NCBI GenBank assembly: GCA_035250975.1
Contig: DATFEP010000062.1
Coordinates: forward strand, 1 to 58,277
DNA from: Nitrososphaeraceae archaeon
Lineage (GTDB): Archaea > Thermoproteota > Nitrososphaeria > Nitrososphaerales > Nitrososphaeraceae
DNA length: 58,277 bases
Direction of reading: 5' to 3'
The position numbers were made by a program, and so were the translations under genes. Of the stretch, positions 11,252 through 22,013 are shown in pieces (the first letter of the stretch is position 1; the number at the start of each line of letters is the position of its first letter). The notes beneath the pieces are model-generated. The model was given only the letters and a program-made list of their open reading frames with translations, ran no database searches and was not told the DNA's origin.

Positions 11252-12452
11252 AATTACCTCATAATGAACGCCAATCGATGTTTGCCACTTTCAAGTCCAA
11301 ATAAAAATAATGTAAAAGAAAACAAAAAATAAATAAAATATAGAAGACTAGCATATGCTATTTTAAACAATTTTTAATACTATGAATTATAATAGAATAT
11401 ACGCTTGACAGGAACATAAGGATGATCTGTGACCGATGTATTTTCATAGATGTTAAATTTAAGCTATAATAGATATAGAGTTCTTGTTGTATAACTCGTT
11501 CTCTTACTAAGTGCTTACAAACAGAAGTAGCATAGATTTGTTCTATATTAAAGAAAATGTTAATGTATATAAAATCGAACTTATCTTTGGGTAGATCTAT
11601 TATAATTGTATGTCTTTGTTTAGAAAAGAAGGAATCATAATTTAGTAATTCCGGAATAAAAAAAAGAATAAAATAAATTATTCACTTTCTTCGTTCATGA
11701 ACTAGATGCATTAGTAGGTCTGAATAATGAGTTTATGGTAAATATGATTACCTTCAATTAAGTTATATTTTTTTATAACAGCAAATATTATCTGTATATT
11801 GACTTATGTTTTCGCGTCAGGGTAGAATTGTGTCTTTATTGTAAAAGTTAGAGTTACGGTTTACAAGCCAAAGTGATCTCTGATAACACTGATCAAAATA
11901 AATCCTATAAATGCAAGTGAAAAGACCGAGATTGTATACGATAATATTTTATTTTTAATGCTTTTACCAATTTTTGTTGTGAATGAAAATAGACTCATGT
12001 TATCTATATAGGTCTAAAAGTGGTATGTGCATATAGATTTTTTAATATTTAGTAATGTTATATAAGAATAGTATATTGTTAGATAAAAATGTTCTAAGTA
12101 TGAAATTAAGCCATAATTTTCACACTACTCTTTCTATAAGACGTAAGTGTATGGTAAGAGCCAACTTTAGCTCATCAACTGTCAGGCGGATAGTCATAGT
12201 CGCAAAATTGACTACTATGTCATGTACTATTAATAAATATTAAATTTATAATATAACAAAATTAATTTTCATAATAAAAAGTACTAGAAATCATGCATAT
12301 AATGATTAAGAGCAAATTATGATTTTTACATGACTCATTCATCTAATTACCAGTAATTCCTATGTATGTTATGTTTTTAAACTAAAAATATATAGAAATT
12401 TAACACATTTTACTCGTTATTTGTATTTTTTGTTCGAAAAATTGAAGTGCCA

Positions 12453-13643
12453 TCATTGTCCATTCCAATGAACTAGACTATTTGCTTTTTCGTGTAACTT
12501 CTCTTCAAATGTTTTAATATCAATGTCTTTGAAGGGCTTCATTTTTTCTAGTACAGGCGGTTCACCTCCTTCTTCTATTGTGGATTTATTCCTCAATTCC
12601 TCAATTATTTTTTCCTGCAATTTAGGATGACAGATCTTGCTATGATAAATACATCCCAAAGAACCATTGATCATCTCTTTCAAATGAGCGTCTCCTTTCT
12701 CCTCATGAAAATGTGGATTTCTTGTTTCGACTTGCATAACTTCTACTCCTTTATCCATTGCATCTTGATAATCAGTAGGTAAAATTCCTCCAAATTCCTC
12801 TAATAAATCCACTATTTCATAAGTCTCCACAGAGAATCCCGACGAGAAACTCATCAATTCTGCAAGCTTGAGTGAAATACAATGTTCACCAGAATTTCCT
12901 GTTCTGACAACTTCTGTTTCAAATCCGGTATAATAAGAAATAAGTGAATTTAAAAAATAGTTAGTGATCTCTGATACTCTTCCCCATTTTGAAAAATAAA
13001 TTCCGCTTTCAGATATTTTTGGTTTATAAATCCAAGATACTCTTATCATTTTGTATGGTGTATTGGACATAGCTATTCCTGCAGAGAATATCTTTACATA
13101 TTCATTAACAGCTCCTGGAACATAGTTATCACCATCAATAAAACCAACATAATCTTTTCCACCCATTTTTGCAAGTAACATTCCCAACACCATGCCTTCT
13201 GCCTTTCCATTTCTCACTAAATTATCCGCTCCAAGCAAATCAGTATAACCGACATCTCTTAATGTCTCTGCAACTCCTTCGTCTCTTTGATGAAGAATCA
13301 ATGCATTCTTATTTGCGAATCTATTGAATTGTTCGAGAGATTCTTTTTCTAATTTGTATCTGTCTACTGGTTGTCTTGGACTATTAGATAAAATTATTGT
13401 CATACAGTTGTGCGGAATACCGCTTAAAACTCCTTCTAATAACTTTAATCTCTCATTCCTTATTGGAATAACAATAGCCATTTTACTTTCAATTTCAGAT
13501 ATTTGTTCATTTCCTATCGCAACAATATGCTCGGAAACTTTTTTTCCTTTCTCCATACCTGAATCAAGTTCAAATACTCTCTGGACACCGTGCAAACTTA
13601 TAGAACCAAATCTTTCAGTATAACGTGGTAAATCTAATTTCAT
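12453..13643 (-). CDS. mpgS: Mannosyl-3-phosphoglycerate synthase (GT55)
   Basis: ERFG...ELDSG, LEGVLSGIPH, VRNGKAEGM, YVGFIDGDNYVPGAVNEY, WGRVSE, ETRNPHFHEEKG. Confidence 0.92.
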   Translation of the reverse strand: MKLDLPRYTERFGSISLHGVQRVFELDSGMEKGKKVSEHIVAIGNEQISEIESKMAIVIPIRNERLKLLEGVLSGIPHNCMTIILSNSPRQPVDRYKLEKESLEQFNRFANKNALILHQRDEGVAETLRDVGYTDLLGADNLVRNGKAEGMVLGMLLAKMGGKDYVGFIDGDNYVPGAVNEYVKIFSAGIAMSNTPYKMIRVSWIYKPKISESGIYFSKWGRVSEITNYFLNSLISYYTGFETEVVRTGNSGEHCISLKLAELMSFSSGFSVETYEIVDLLEEFGGILPTDYQDAMDKGVEVMQVETRNPHFHEEKGDAHLKEMINGSLGCIYHSKICHPKLQEKIIEELRNKSTIEEGGEPPVLEKMKPFKDIDIKTFEEKLHEKANSLVHWNGQ

Positions 13644-13742
13644 TTTATTCTAACTCCACTAAAACTTTTATAATTTAAGAAGTAAATAATGAATATCATA
13701 ATATTACTATCAATTTCACAAGTCAGACAATTTAATAGTTTG

Positions 13743-13913
13743 CTAATTATAAAATTGATTTAATTTGTTTTTGAAAGTCTTTCTATTGTCTCTTATTTTA
13801 ATTTTCTTACAATTATAAATCGATTCTTCTTTTTCTAAAAATTTCAACAATTTAATTAAAGATCTTTCATCAATTAATGATTTTAATACTCTCTCTACAT
13901 CTTTATCGTTCAA
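13743..13913 (-). CDS. Possible 56-aa basic small protein (below ORF-track cutoff)
   Basis: TTG start, (M)NDKDVERVLKSLIDERSLIKLLKFLEKEE...; co-oriented upstream of mpgS; no homology recognised. Confidence 0.3.
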   Translation of the reverse strand: MNDKDVERVLKSLIDERSLIKLLKFLEKEESIYNCKKIKIRDNRKTFKNKLNQFYN

Positions 13914-14087
13914 TATATTTTAACAAGAAATATGTTATTTAACGAGTATTCAATCAAATAATAATACTTTTTTCAATACTTTTTTCAGTATAAAAATTCA
14001 AAAAAAAGTTATATGTTTTAATAATTATTAAACATCGTTTAATATAGCTTAGATAATTCTTAACCTTCTTAATCACCATTCATGTAA

Positions 14088-14918
14088 TTACATTTTTTTG
14101 TGATACTTAGCGAAATTCATTCTTAAACTTCTAGCTGTTAAAAAGGGAGTGATTAGAAGCACAGGAATGCTTAATAATATAAATAAAGTTTGAAAAGGAG
14201 CCAATAAAGATATAGATGCCGTACCTGCATAGAATCCGAATATTGTTGTTATGATACTTCCTGCACATGTAGGACAGCCAATAAAAAGACCACAAGTTGC
14301 CCCTACACTACCTAATAAATGTGATTTTTTTTCTTCTTTTAATTTTCTTAAGGTAAAAATATTCAACGACGCATTAAATCCCACTAACATGGATACAATC
14401 AAAGCTAATAACATATTAATTGGTATCAATAAAATAAAAAAATATGTAGTTAAATAAATATAGGTCATAGGAACATAACCTATTGTATTACAACAGGGAA
14501 TGATCTTAACATATGGATATTTACTTTCTGCTTCAGGTAGCAATTGAGTGGAATTATAAACAAATATCTGTGAAAGAAAAGCATAAATTAAACCATATAT
14601 GATTGCAATTAAGATCATTATCAAAATGTATTTCTTATTTTTTTTAAATGGTAACGAAATATAGGATAGCAGATCTTTCTTATATCGATTATTACTAGTA
14701 TAAAGTTTCCATAATCCAAAACAAATTCCCAATGATGAAATAAAAGTAATAGATATTACAGCTAATGATAGATTATATAATGATTCTGTAAAGATAATGG
14801 TATCATTGAAATCTGGATTAGTAAGTTTTGAGTAGAGAAAAAAAGTAATACCAATCGAGATGACACTGGTGAGAATAACTCTTAAACCCTCTATACAAAC
14901 TAATCTCTGAATTTTCAT
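14088..14918 (-). CDS. Multi-pass membrane protein with PCCN and GCPTC cysteine motifs
   Basis: About 6 hydrophobic helices; IIPCCNTIGYVP and ATCGLFIGCPTCAG. Confidence 0.8.
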   Translation of the reverse strand: MKIQRLVCIEGLRVILTSVISIGITFFLYSKLTNPDFNDTIIFTESLYNLSLAVISITFISSLGICFGLWKLYTSNNRYKKDLLSYISLPFKKNKKYILIMILIAIIYGLIYAFLSQIFVYNSTQLLPEAESKYPYVKIIPCCNTIGYVPMTYIYLTTYFFILLIPINMLLALIVSMLVGFNASLNIFTLRKLKEEKKSHLLGSVGATCGLFIGCPTCAGSIITTIFGFYAGTASISLLAPFQTLFILLSIPVLLITPFLTARSLRMNFAKYHKKM

Positions 14919-15047
14919 TCTTTATATTTAATCATAAGATAAAAAGAAACCGCAATTAAATTTTTTCACATAAACAATTACTACTGGATTAATTGAATTA
15001 ATTAAAATAAGACTTATTTTTTAGTTCATATATATAAAAATTGTAAT

Positions 15048-15476
15048 ATGAATGACTTTCCAACTTTAGATGATGATTTTATTGATGTCGAGATTACGAA
15101 TATAGGTTATGCGGATAGTATGGGATTGGAAGGTTTCTTAGTTTTGAGATCAGTTGAGGGGGACGAATTTCCAATTAATGCCTTTTCTGGTGAAGTTGCT
15201 AAACATATCTTAAGATTTAGACAAGGTGATAAGAATACTATTCCCACCATTTACAATCTAGTAGAGGAAATAGCAGTACTCCAGGATCTTTTATTAATGG
15301 AGATCAGAATTTATTTAAGTGGTTCAGTATTGCGTGCGAATTTGTATTTTCGAGGAAGAAAGGACAATCTTATATTGAGAAATTATCGTGCATCTGACGC
15401 CATTGCATTAGCTTCATATTATGAAGTTCCAATTAAAGTGAGAAAAAACCTTTTCAGAGAAAAAATACAACAATAG
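15048..15476 (+). CDS. Bifunctional nuclease domain (DUF151-like) protein
   Basis: RASDAIALA...VPIKV C-terminal motif. Confidence 0.75.
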   Translation: MNDFPTLDDDFIDVEITNIGYADSMGLEGFLVLRSVEGDEFPINAFSGEVAKHILRFRQGDKNTIPTIYNLVEEIAVLQDLLLMEIRIYLSGSVLRANLYFRGRKDNLILRNYRASDAIALASYYEVPIKVRKNLFREKIQQ

Positions 15477-15603
15477 ACTTAGCATCATTAATAAAGCAAA
15501 AATAATATTATATCTGCAGACTCATGCGCAATTAAAAATGTAATTAATAGTACATATCTTATATTATAAAAACAATTAATAATTTTTTTTATTATGTTTA
15601 ATT

Positions 15604-16839
15604 ATGTTAAATTTTGTAGGCGAAATAACTGATCCCATTCATAGATATATCCGATTTACAGAGTTAGAAAGAGAAATTATCGATACGCCTGTTTTTCAAC
15701 GACTGAGGAAAATTAGACAGCTTGCTGGTGCCCATCTAGTTTATCCTAGTGCACAACACACAAGATTTGAACACTCATTGGGAACTATGCATTTAGCTGG
15801 ACTAGCAGGGCTAACTCTTCTAGATAAAGGATATATAGAAAAAAAAGATCAACTTGAAGGTCTACGTTTAGCTGCACTTCTTCATGACATTGGTCATGGG
15901 CCATTTTCGCATCTCTTTGAAGAAGTTTTAATCGGTAGCGGTATCTCAGCTAGTAGTCATGAAAATATGGGGAAAAAAATCATAAGAGAAACAATAATCA
16001 AAGATATATTGGAAAAATATGGATATGATTCTGATTCTATATGTAATCTATCTTTTGGGGAATCGCCGATTATGTTTTATAATGAGATAATAGCTGGTGG
16101 CCTTTCTTCTGATATAATGGATTACTTGCCTAGAGACAGCTTTTTTACGGGAGTAGAATACGGTAAAATTGATTATTATAGACTAATAAGCTCCTTTGAG
16201 GTTTTATCTAATGGTCATCTCGGGATAAATAAATCTGCCATAAATTCCCTCGAATCCATGCTAATTTCTAGATTTCAGATGTTTAAGGCAGTTTATTTTC
16301 ATAAAACGGTTAGATCTGCAGAAGTTATGTTACTTCATTCACTTTTACTTGCAGATAGACAACTAAATTTTTCTGATTTATCTGTGGATGAATATATTGA
16401 GTATACCGACGATAAAACGATTGATATCATACTCTCTCTAAAAAATAACGATCGTGCTGTAAAATTAGCTAAGGATTATAAAAATAGAATATTATTAAAA
16501 TGTGTTTATGAAAAATTTCTTCAAAATAAAGGTACATCGAATAGTATAAAATTAACGAAAAGACAAAAAGATGTTTTTAAGAGAATAATAAATTCACTGA
16601 AAATTGAAAATGATTTCGTCTTTATAGATATCTCCAGGGCGCCATCCATGCCTTTGACACCGTCAAAAGAGGAATTGAATTCAATAATGTTGGTAGATAA
16701 AGATTCAGAGTTTGAAACCCGTACATCTGAAATTCCATTAATAGATTCAATAACTGGATTTCTAGACATGATTAGGATATACACCACACAGGCTAATAGG
16801 GAAAAACTAGAAAAGGCTTTAAAAAATATTGATATATGA
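15604..16839 (+). CDS. HD-domain phosphohydrolase, SAMHD1/dNTPase-like
   Basis: DPIH, FQRLRKIRQL, VYPSAQHTRFEHSLG, ALLHDIGHGPFSH, MDYLPRD, VYFHK. Confidence 0.92.
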   Translation: MLNFVGEITDPIHRYIRFTELEREIIDTPVFQRLRKIRQLAGAHLVYPSAQHTRFEHSLGTMHLAGLAGLTLLDKGYIEKKDQLEGLRLAALLHDIGHGPFSHLFEEVLIGSGISASSHENMGKKIIRETIIKDILEKYGYDSDSICNLSFGESPIMFYNEIIAGGLSSDIMDYLPRDSFFTGVEYGKIDYYRLISSFEVLSNGHLGINKSAINSLESMLISRFQMFKAVYFHKTVRSAEVMLLHSLLLADRQLNFSDLSVDEYIEYTDDKTIDIILSLKNNDRAVKLAKDYKNRILLKCVYEKFLQNKGTSNSIKLTKRQKDVFKRIINSLKIENDFVFIDISRAPSMPLTPSKEELNSIMLVDKDSEFETRTSEIPLIDSITGFLDMIRIYTTQANREKLEKALKNIDI

Positions 16840-16842
16840 TAT

Positions 16843-17553
16843 ATGGAAGGAACAATGAATATTTACCAGAGAAACCGAGTTGTGATAAAATTAAGTGGAA
16901 GCGTATTTCACAATGATAACAATCGAAACCAAATTGAAGTTCTAAAAAAATATAGTTCCATGCTTATTGATATTAGTAATACTGTTCAACCAGTGGTAGT
17001 TACTGGCGGTGGACAAATTGCAAGGTTTTATATTAATACAGCCAGGAAATTAGGTCTAGATGAATCCAGTCTTGACCTAATGGGTATAGATGTATCCCGA
17101 CTGAATGCTAAATTACTGATTTCATCGTTGGGAAGCCATGTTTATCCAAATGTTCCGAAATCGTTAGATGATATAAGCAATTTTATCGAAAGTAATAAAA
17201 TAATAATCTCAGGGGGATTGCATCCTGGTCAAAGTACTAACGCAACATCTGCTCTTATAGCTGAAAAAATAAAAGCAAACCAGTTCATTAATGCGACAGA
17301 TGTTGAAGGAATTTATGATTCGGACCCAAGGAAAAATCAAAATGCGAAACTTTATGAGAAAATCGATTTAGGAAGTTGTCTGAATATGCTATTAAATCGT
17401 AGTTCGATGGCTGGCGAATATGATTTGATGGACATTGTAGCTCTAAAGGTGATCGAAAGATCTAAAATTAAAACTAGAGTGATTCTTTCCTCACCAGAAA
17501 ATATCAAAAATACTGTTGAAGGAAAAATCTTGGGAACCGAACTAATAATATAA
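16843..17553 (+). CDS. pyrH: UMP kinase
   Basis: VIKLSGS, VTGGGQIAR, GGLHPGQST, NATDVEGIYDSDP. Confidence 0.93.
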   Translation: MEGTMNIYQRNRVVIKLSGSVFHNDNNRNQIEVLKKYSSMLIDISNTVQPVVVTGGGQIARFYINTARKLGLDESSLDLMGIDVSRLNAKLLISSLGSHVYPNVPKSLDDISNFIESNKIIISGGLHPGQSTNATSALIAEKIKANQFINATDVEGIYDSDPRKNQNAKLYEKIDLGSCLNMLLNRSSMAGEYDLMDIVALKVIERSKIKTRVILSSPENIKNTVEGKILGTELII

Positions 17554-17555
17554 TT

Positions 17556-17873
17556 TTAAGATACAGTCTTTATTTCTCCTTTGTATGGATGTATGCCATC
17601 ATAAATGATTTTCTTTATAATTTCTTTTCCTTCTTTGATACTCATTGGTTTAGACTGTGCTTTTGCGAATCCTTCGCTATCACATATGAAAATGATAATT
17701 TCTTCTCCATTATTCAATTCTCCCACTAACATCTCTTCCCCTACTGGCTCAAATGACGATGGTCCACTCTTTATGGTATATGTAAGCATGGAAAAACCAG
17801 TATATTCAAACAATTTCATTTGGGCCTTTCTTGACCTTTCTTGCCCCAGATGAGCTGCTTTATGATATTGCAT
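17556..17873 (-). CDS. Conserved hypothetical protein
   Basis: 105 aa ORF with natural composition, convergent on pyrH. Confidence 0.7.
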   Translation of the reverse strand: MQYHKAAHLGQERSRKAQMKLFEYTGFSMLTYTIKSGPSSFEPVGEEMLVGELNNGEEIIIFICDSEGFAKAQSKPMSIKEGKEIIKKIIYDGIHPYKGEIKTVS

Positions 17874-18019
17874 GATGTTTATTGTTTATTCTGGATTTTA
17901 TACTTATTTTTTGATTAGATTTTGTTTTCTTATAAAATAATCGAAATATCATTAAATTAGTCATCAATTCAAATTTAACACTTAAATTATTATTCATATT
18001 ACACTATATTGAAAAAATT

Positions 18020-18343
18020 ATGGTAATTGCAGATAATTTTTTAATGCAGATTCCCATTGGTGTTGAATGGATATTTATAATAATAATAATAGTTGTTTTG
18101 TTCTTTGGAGTTAAAAAAATTCCTGAATTAGCAAAATCTTTTGGGAAAGCCACAGCTGAATTCGAGAAAGCCAAGTTAGAAGCAAAAAGAGAGCTGGAAA
18201 AGTATAAAAACGAAAATCCGAATGTTGGTAGAGAAAAGCTTGAATCAATAGCAGAAACATTGGGAATAGATTATACCAACAAAAATGATGAGGAATTGAA
18301 ACAAGCGATTGAGAAGGAAATTAATAAGAATAAGACAACCTAA
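18020..18343 (+). CDS. tatA: Twin-arginine translocase TatA/E subunit
   Basis: EWIFIIIIIVVLFFGVKKIPELAKSFGKATAEF. Confidence 0.9.
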   Translation: MVIADNFLMQIPIGVEWIFIIIIIVVLFFGVKKIPELAKSFGKATAEFEKAKLEAKRELEKYKNENPNVGREKLESIAETLGIDYTNKNDEELKQAIEKEINKNKTT

Positions 18344-18412
18344 TTATTTTAATTAAATTATTATTTATAAAAAAACATTTTATTGCACTAAAACTAATAA
18401 TTTTTCATCATA

Positions 18413-19513
18413 ATGATTGATCGAAATAGGATAATGGATATTGTAGGAAATTATGATCACAAAAAGATAAAGATAGGTGTTCTTGGAAGTCATTCTGCAT
18501 TAGAAATTATGGATGGTGCAACCGATGAATCAATGAAAACGGTTTGTATATGTCAAAAAGGAAGAGAGACACCCTATCTAAGATTTAAAAGAATATCCAA
18601 TGATATTCTGATATTAGATAAATTCGTAGATATACTGGATGAAGAAATTCAGAAAAAATTAAGAGATTTGAATGTCATAATGGTAGCTCATAGGGCATTC
18701 TCGGTCTATTTGGGATACGATAACATTGAAGGTAATTTTTTAATTCCTATTTTTGGCAATCGAAATCTTTTGAGGGCCGAAGAGAGAACATATCCAAAAA
18801 ACCAATATTATTTACTAAATAAATCTAATATTAAACATCCAAAGATATATCGAGATCCTTCAGAGATCTCAGGTCTATCTATTGTAAAAGTTCAAGAAGC
18901 AAAGAGAAAATTGGAGCGAGCATTTTATTTTGTACACTCTTATGACGATTATATAGAAAAAACAGAAAACAAGATAAAAAATGGATTGATAGATAAATAT
19001 GATGTTGAATCTGCAATAATTGAAGAATATATTATAGGAACATATTTCAATTTTAATTTTTTCTATTCGCCTCTGACTAACGATACAGAATTTTTGGGAA
19101 TCGAAAGAAGATTACAAACCAATTTACATGATTTCACTTCATCATTAACTGCTAAACAACAATTGGAATTGGACATCGAATTACAAAATATAGAGATAGG
19201 ACATACACCAGCCAGCATACGTGAGTCTATGCTAGAAAAGGTATTTGATTTAGGAGATAAATTTTCACGGACCTTAAAAGAAGAATGTGCTCCAGGTTTA
19301 ATTGGACCTTTCTCCTTACAAAGTATTGTTACCAAAGATCTGGATATATATGTTTATGATGTTTCATTTCGAGTTCCAGGAAATCCGATATTAGCAACAA
19401 CAAGTCCATACACTAAATATTATTACGGCTTCTCGATGGGTGTAGGACGGAGGGTTGCAATGGAGATAAAACATGCTATTCTAGAAAATAGAATCTCTGA
19501 AATAGTTACATAA
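18413..19513 (+). CDS. purP: PurP-family ATP-grasp protein (formate--AICAR ligase-like)
   Basis: GSHSAL, FGNRNLLRAEER, EIGHTPASIRES, IGPFSLQ, GRRVAMEIK. Confidence 0.88.
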   Translation: MIDRNRIMDIVGNYDHKKIKIGVLGSHSALEIMDGATDESMKTVCICQKGRETPYLRFKRISNDILILDKFVDILDEEIQKKLRDLNVIMVAHRAFSVYLGYDNIEGNFLIPIFGNRNLLRAEERTYPKNQYYLLNKSNIKHPKIYRDPSEISGLSIVKVQEAKRKLERAFYFVHSYDDYIEKTENKIKNGLIDKYDVESAIIEEYIIGTYFNFNFFYSPLTNDTEFLGIERRLQTNLHDFTSSLTAKQQLELDIELQNIEIGHTPASIRESMLEKVFDLGDKFSRTLKEECAPGLIGPFSLQSIVTKDLDIYVYDVSFRVPGNPILATTSPYTKYYYGFSMGVGRRVAMEIKHAILENRISEIVT

Positions 19514-19540
19514 TCTTTTTGTAGTTTCTAAATTGGTAGG

Positions 19541-20242
19541 CTATAACTTTTTAAATATGCCGTCAATTATTTCTATTGTATCTTTCAATTTTGCAACCGA
19601 ATAGGTGGGTATTTCACAAGCGCTCTGCGGCGATTGCAAATTAAAAATAGAATCGCTTATACGAATTGTTGTTATTCCCACTTTATTGGCTGGATAAATG
19701 TCAGTATCTAACCTATCTCCTATTACAACACATTCAGCAGCAGTAACATTAGCTTTTTTCATCAAATATAAAAACAACCTTTCATCCGGTTTTGTAGTAT
19801 TTAATTCAGACGGGAAAACAATAAATTTAAACAGATTATACAAATTGACCCTTTTTAGTAATTCTAGAGAAAAGTGTGAATAATTATTAGATATCATTGC
19901 TAAAGTATGATTTTTTGATAGGGTTTCTACAACTTTTTTTACCTCTTGAGATATCTGATAATATTTTTTTTCTCCTTCAGTTATTTCTAATTCTATTCTG
20001 TTTAAAATAATTTTTTCGTAACCTTGCGGCAGAATAAGTTTGCAGATTTCTATAATCACTTGTCTCAATTCTCCATTCAAAATTCTTCTAGTTTTTATAA
20101 CATTGTTTTTTAAAGTGAGATAATTCCTAAAATCAATCCTAGCTCCAAAACCATTGATCTGTTCCATGACCTTTTTATCGATATAATGAATAAATTGCCA
20201 TTCGTCAATTAATGTTTGACCCAGACAGAATATAAGAAACAA
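19541..20242 (-). CDS. HAD-superfamily hydrolase-like protein
   Basis: ISN, KPDERLF, VIGDRLDTDI; motif I degenerate (FCLGQTL instead of FDxDxTL). Confidence 0.8.
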   Translation of the reverse strand: MFLIFCLGQTLIDEWQFIHYIDKKVMEQINGFGARIDFRNYLTLKNNVIKTRRILNGELRQVIIEICKLILPQGYEKIILNRIELEITEGEKKYYQISQEVKKVVETLSKNHTLAMISNNYSHFSLELLKRVNLYNLFKFIVFPSELNTTKPDERLFLYLMKKANVTAAECVVIGDRLDTDIYPANKVGITTIRISDSIFNLQSPQSACEIPTYSVAKLKDTIEIIDGIFKKL

Positions 20243-20360
20243 TCTTCTTATTTGAAATTTTGATTGTTATTATATTTAATTTTTTTATTGAATATTTTTG
20301 CTATCTATATTAAAAGATATTTATAAAAAAACAAATAAAACATGATAAAATATACTAATA

Positions 20361-20882
20361 ATGATGAATATAGGTGTAATATCTGATACTCATGACGATA
20401 TTAATAATGTCAAAAAGGCAATAAAAATTTTCAACGAACAGAATGTAGATTATGTAATCCATGCTGGTGATTATGTATTTCCTGGCATTGTTCTTGAATT
20501 TGGTAACTTAAATAAAAATATAAAGTTTCTAGGAGTATTGGGAAATAATGATGGAGAAAAGATTGGACTTGCCAATAACTTTCAACGAATCGGAGGTAAT
20601 ATAAAATGGGATTTTGGGGAAATTATTTTGGATGATCTCTCAATAGGGATTTACCATGGTACAAATACTGAATTAACTGATTCTCTAATTCTGGGTAATA
20701 GATTCGATGTTTTTATTTATGGTCATACGCATAAAAAAGACAACAGGGTAATAGGAAAAACTCAATTATTAAATCCCGGTAGTGCCCATCAGGATCTTCA
20801 AAAGGATGAACCAAATAAAGGACCTTCCGTTTTAATTTATAATACAATTTTTAAGAAATGTGAATTTATTCTTTTGAATTAA
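20361..20882 (+). CDS. Metallophosphoesterase (MJ0936/YfcE family)
   Basis: ISDTH, HAGD, GNND, YHG, GHTH, NPGS. Confidence 0.92.
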   Translation: MMNIGVISDTHDDINNVKKAIKIFNEQNVDYVIHAGDYVFPGIVLEFGNLNKNIKFLGVLGNNDGEKIGLANNFQRIGGNIKWDFGEIILDDLSIGIYHGTNTELTDSLILGNRFDVFIYGHTHKKDNRVIGKTQLLNPGSAHQDLQKDEPNKGPSVLIYNTIFKKCEFILLN

Positions 20883-20943
20883 TTATTTTATTCTTTAAGA
20901 ATTTATAACCCTCACTATATTCTCTTTTTTTCAAAAGTGAAAA

Positions 20944-21333
20944 TCATAATCCTGCATGTGTATATCTATGAATAAATAGATCTTCTTCATAAAGAGTCTT
21001 ATAACCGCATATCTCACACGACAAAAAATCAGTCAATTTTTCTAGATTTACAGGTTTTCCTACAATAATTGTATTCTCAAATTCAGTTATTTTATATTCT
21101 AATAGTTTTGGATCTTTTTTAAACCATTCATTTATTTTATCTTTGATAATAGTCTTAATTAAGAACAAGTTTGATGGCTCTGTACTGATTATAATACTAG
21201 TTTCATCTTCGCTGATTTCAATATTTTTACTTTTAAGAGAACCTATATTGATGACCTCCAGGATTAACATTTGATATATTTGTCTTGCTAAATCTAAATT
21301 TCCTGCAAAATGAACCACAATTGAATTTTTCAT
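20944..21333 (-). CDS. Hypothetical protein with C-terminal C2H2 zinc finger
   Basis: CEICGY...HRYTH. Confidence 0.7.
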   Translation of the reverse strand: MKNSIVVHFAGNLDLARQIYQMLILEVINIGSLKSKNIEISEDETSIIISTEPSNLFLIKTIIKDKINEWFKKDPKLLEYKITEFENTIIVGKPVNLEKLTDFLSCEICGYKTLYEEDLFIHRYTHAGL

Positions 21334-21428
21334 TAATTATCTTTGATGTAAAAAATATTTATTATCTTTATTAATATCACGAAATTCTTCTTTTAGAAAT
21401 AGTAACATTTGATTGATAACTTTTATCC

Positions 21429-21914
21429 CTAGAGAAATCCATCATTATTTAATTGATTTAATAAAGGAGTAATACTTAATAATATTTCTTTTTCGTCCAA
21501 GATTGTTCTTCGATTAATTTCTAAAATTATAGCTAACATATTTCTATCCTCTCTTGAGGTTGAGACGAAATGGTCATTTATATAAAATCTGCTCATGTTA
21601 TTTTTTATCCAGGATTTCCATTCTGTAGCTCTATTGACACTTTTTTCTAAATGCAAAATAGTTTTATCTAATTGAATATATTCAATATCTAACAAATCTA
21701 ATTTAAGCATTGGTAGCATCAAATGACCTCCTTCAACCTCCTTCTTATCTTCTCTCATTTTAATGATAATTTCTTCTTCTTGATTTTCATTTTTTATATT
21801 AGTATTATATTTTGGATAATAGTATCCAGCTAAATTATTATTCCAATCATATATTTTGTAGACTGTATCTTCATATTCGCATTTCCAATTCTTAGTATTT
21901 ACCTTACCAAACAA
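21429..21914 (-). CDS. Hypothetical protein
   Basis: 161 aa ORF co-oriented downstream of EF-2. Confidence 0.7.
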   Translation of the reverse strand: MFGKVNTKNWKCEYEDTVYKIYDWNNNLAGYYYPKYNTNIKNENQEEEIIIKMREDKKEVEGGHLMLPMLKLDLLDIEYIQLDKTILHLEKSVNRATEWKSWIKNNMSRFYINDHFVSTSREDRNMLAIILEINRRTILDEKEILLSITPLLNQLNNDGFL

Positions 21915-22013
21915 CTACTGTTATTCCTATAACATGAGATTTAAAAAATCTATCGAATAACAATTGCTAAGAAAAGAGAAATATGACTTAAAGCTTGTCT
22001 ATTGCGTAAAGAT

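Noticed and set aside
12055-12243. 62-aa ORF, and on the minus strand CTGA-cag-TTGATGA resembling a D'/C' pair or a fluoride riboswitch 3' half
   Set aside because: The ORF has no recognisable features; there are no convincing outer C/D boxes, no identifiable target and no fluoride-riboswitch 5' element or adjacent gene
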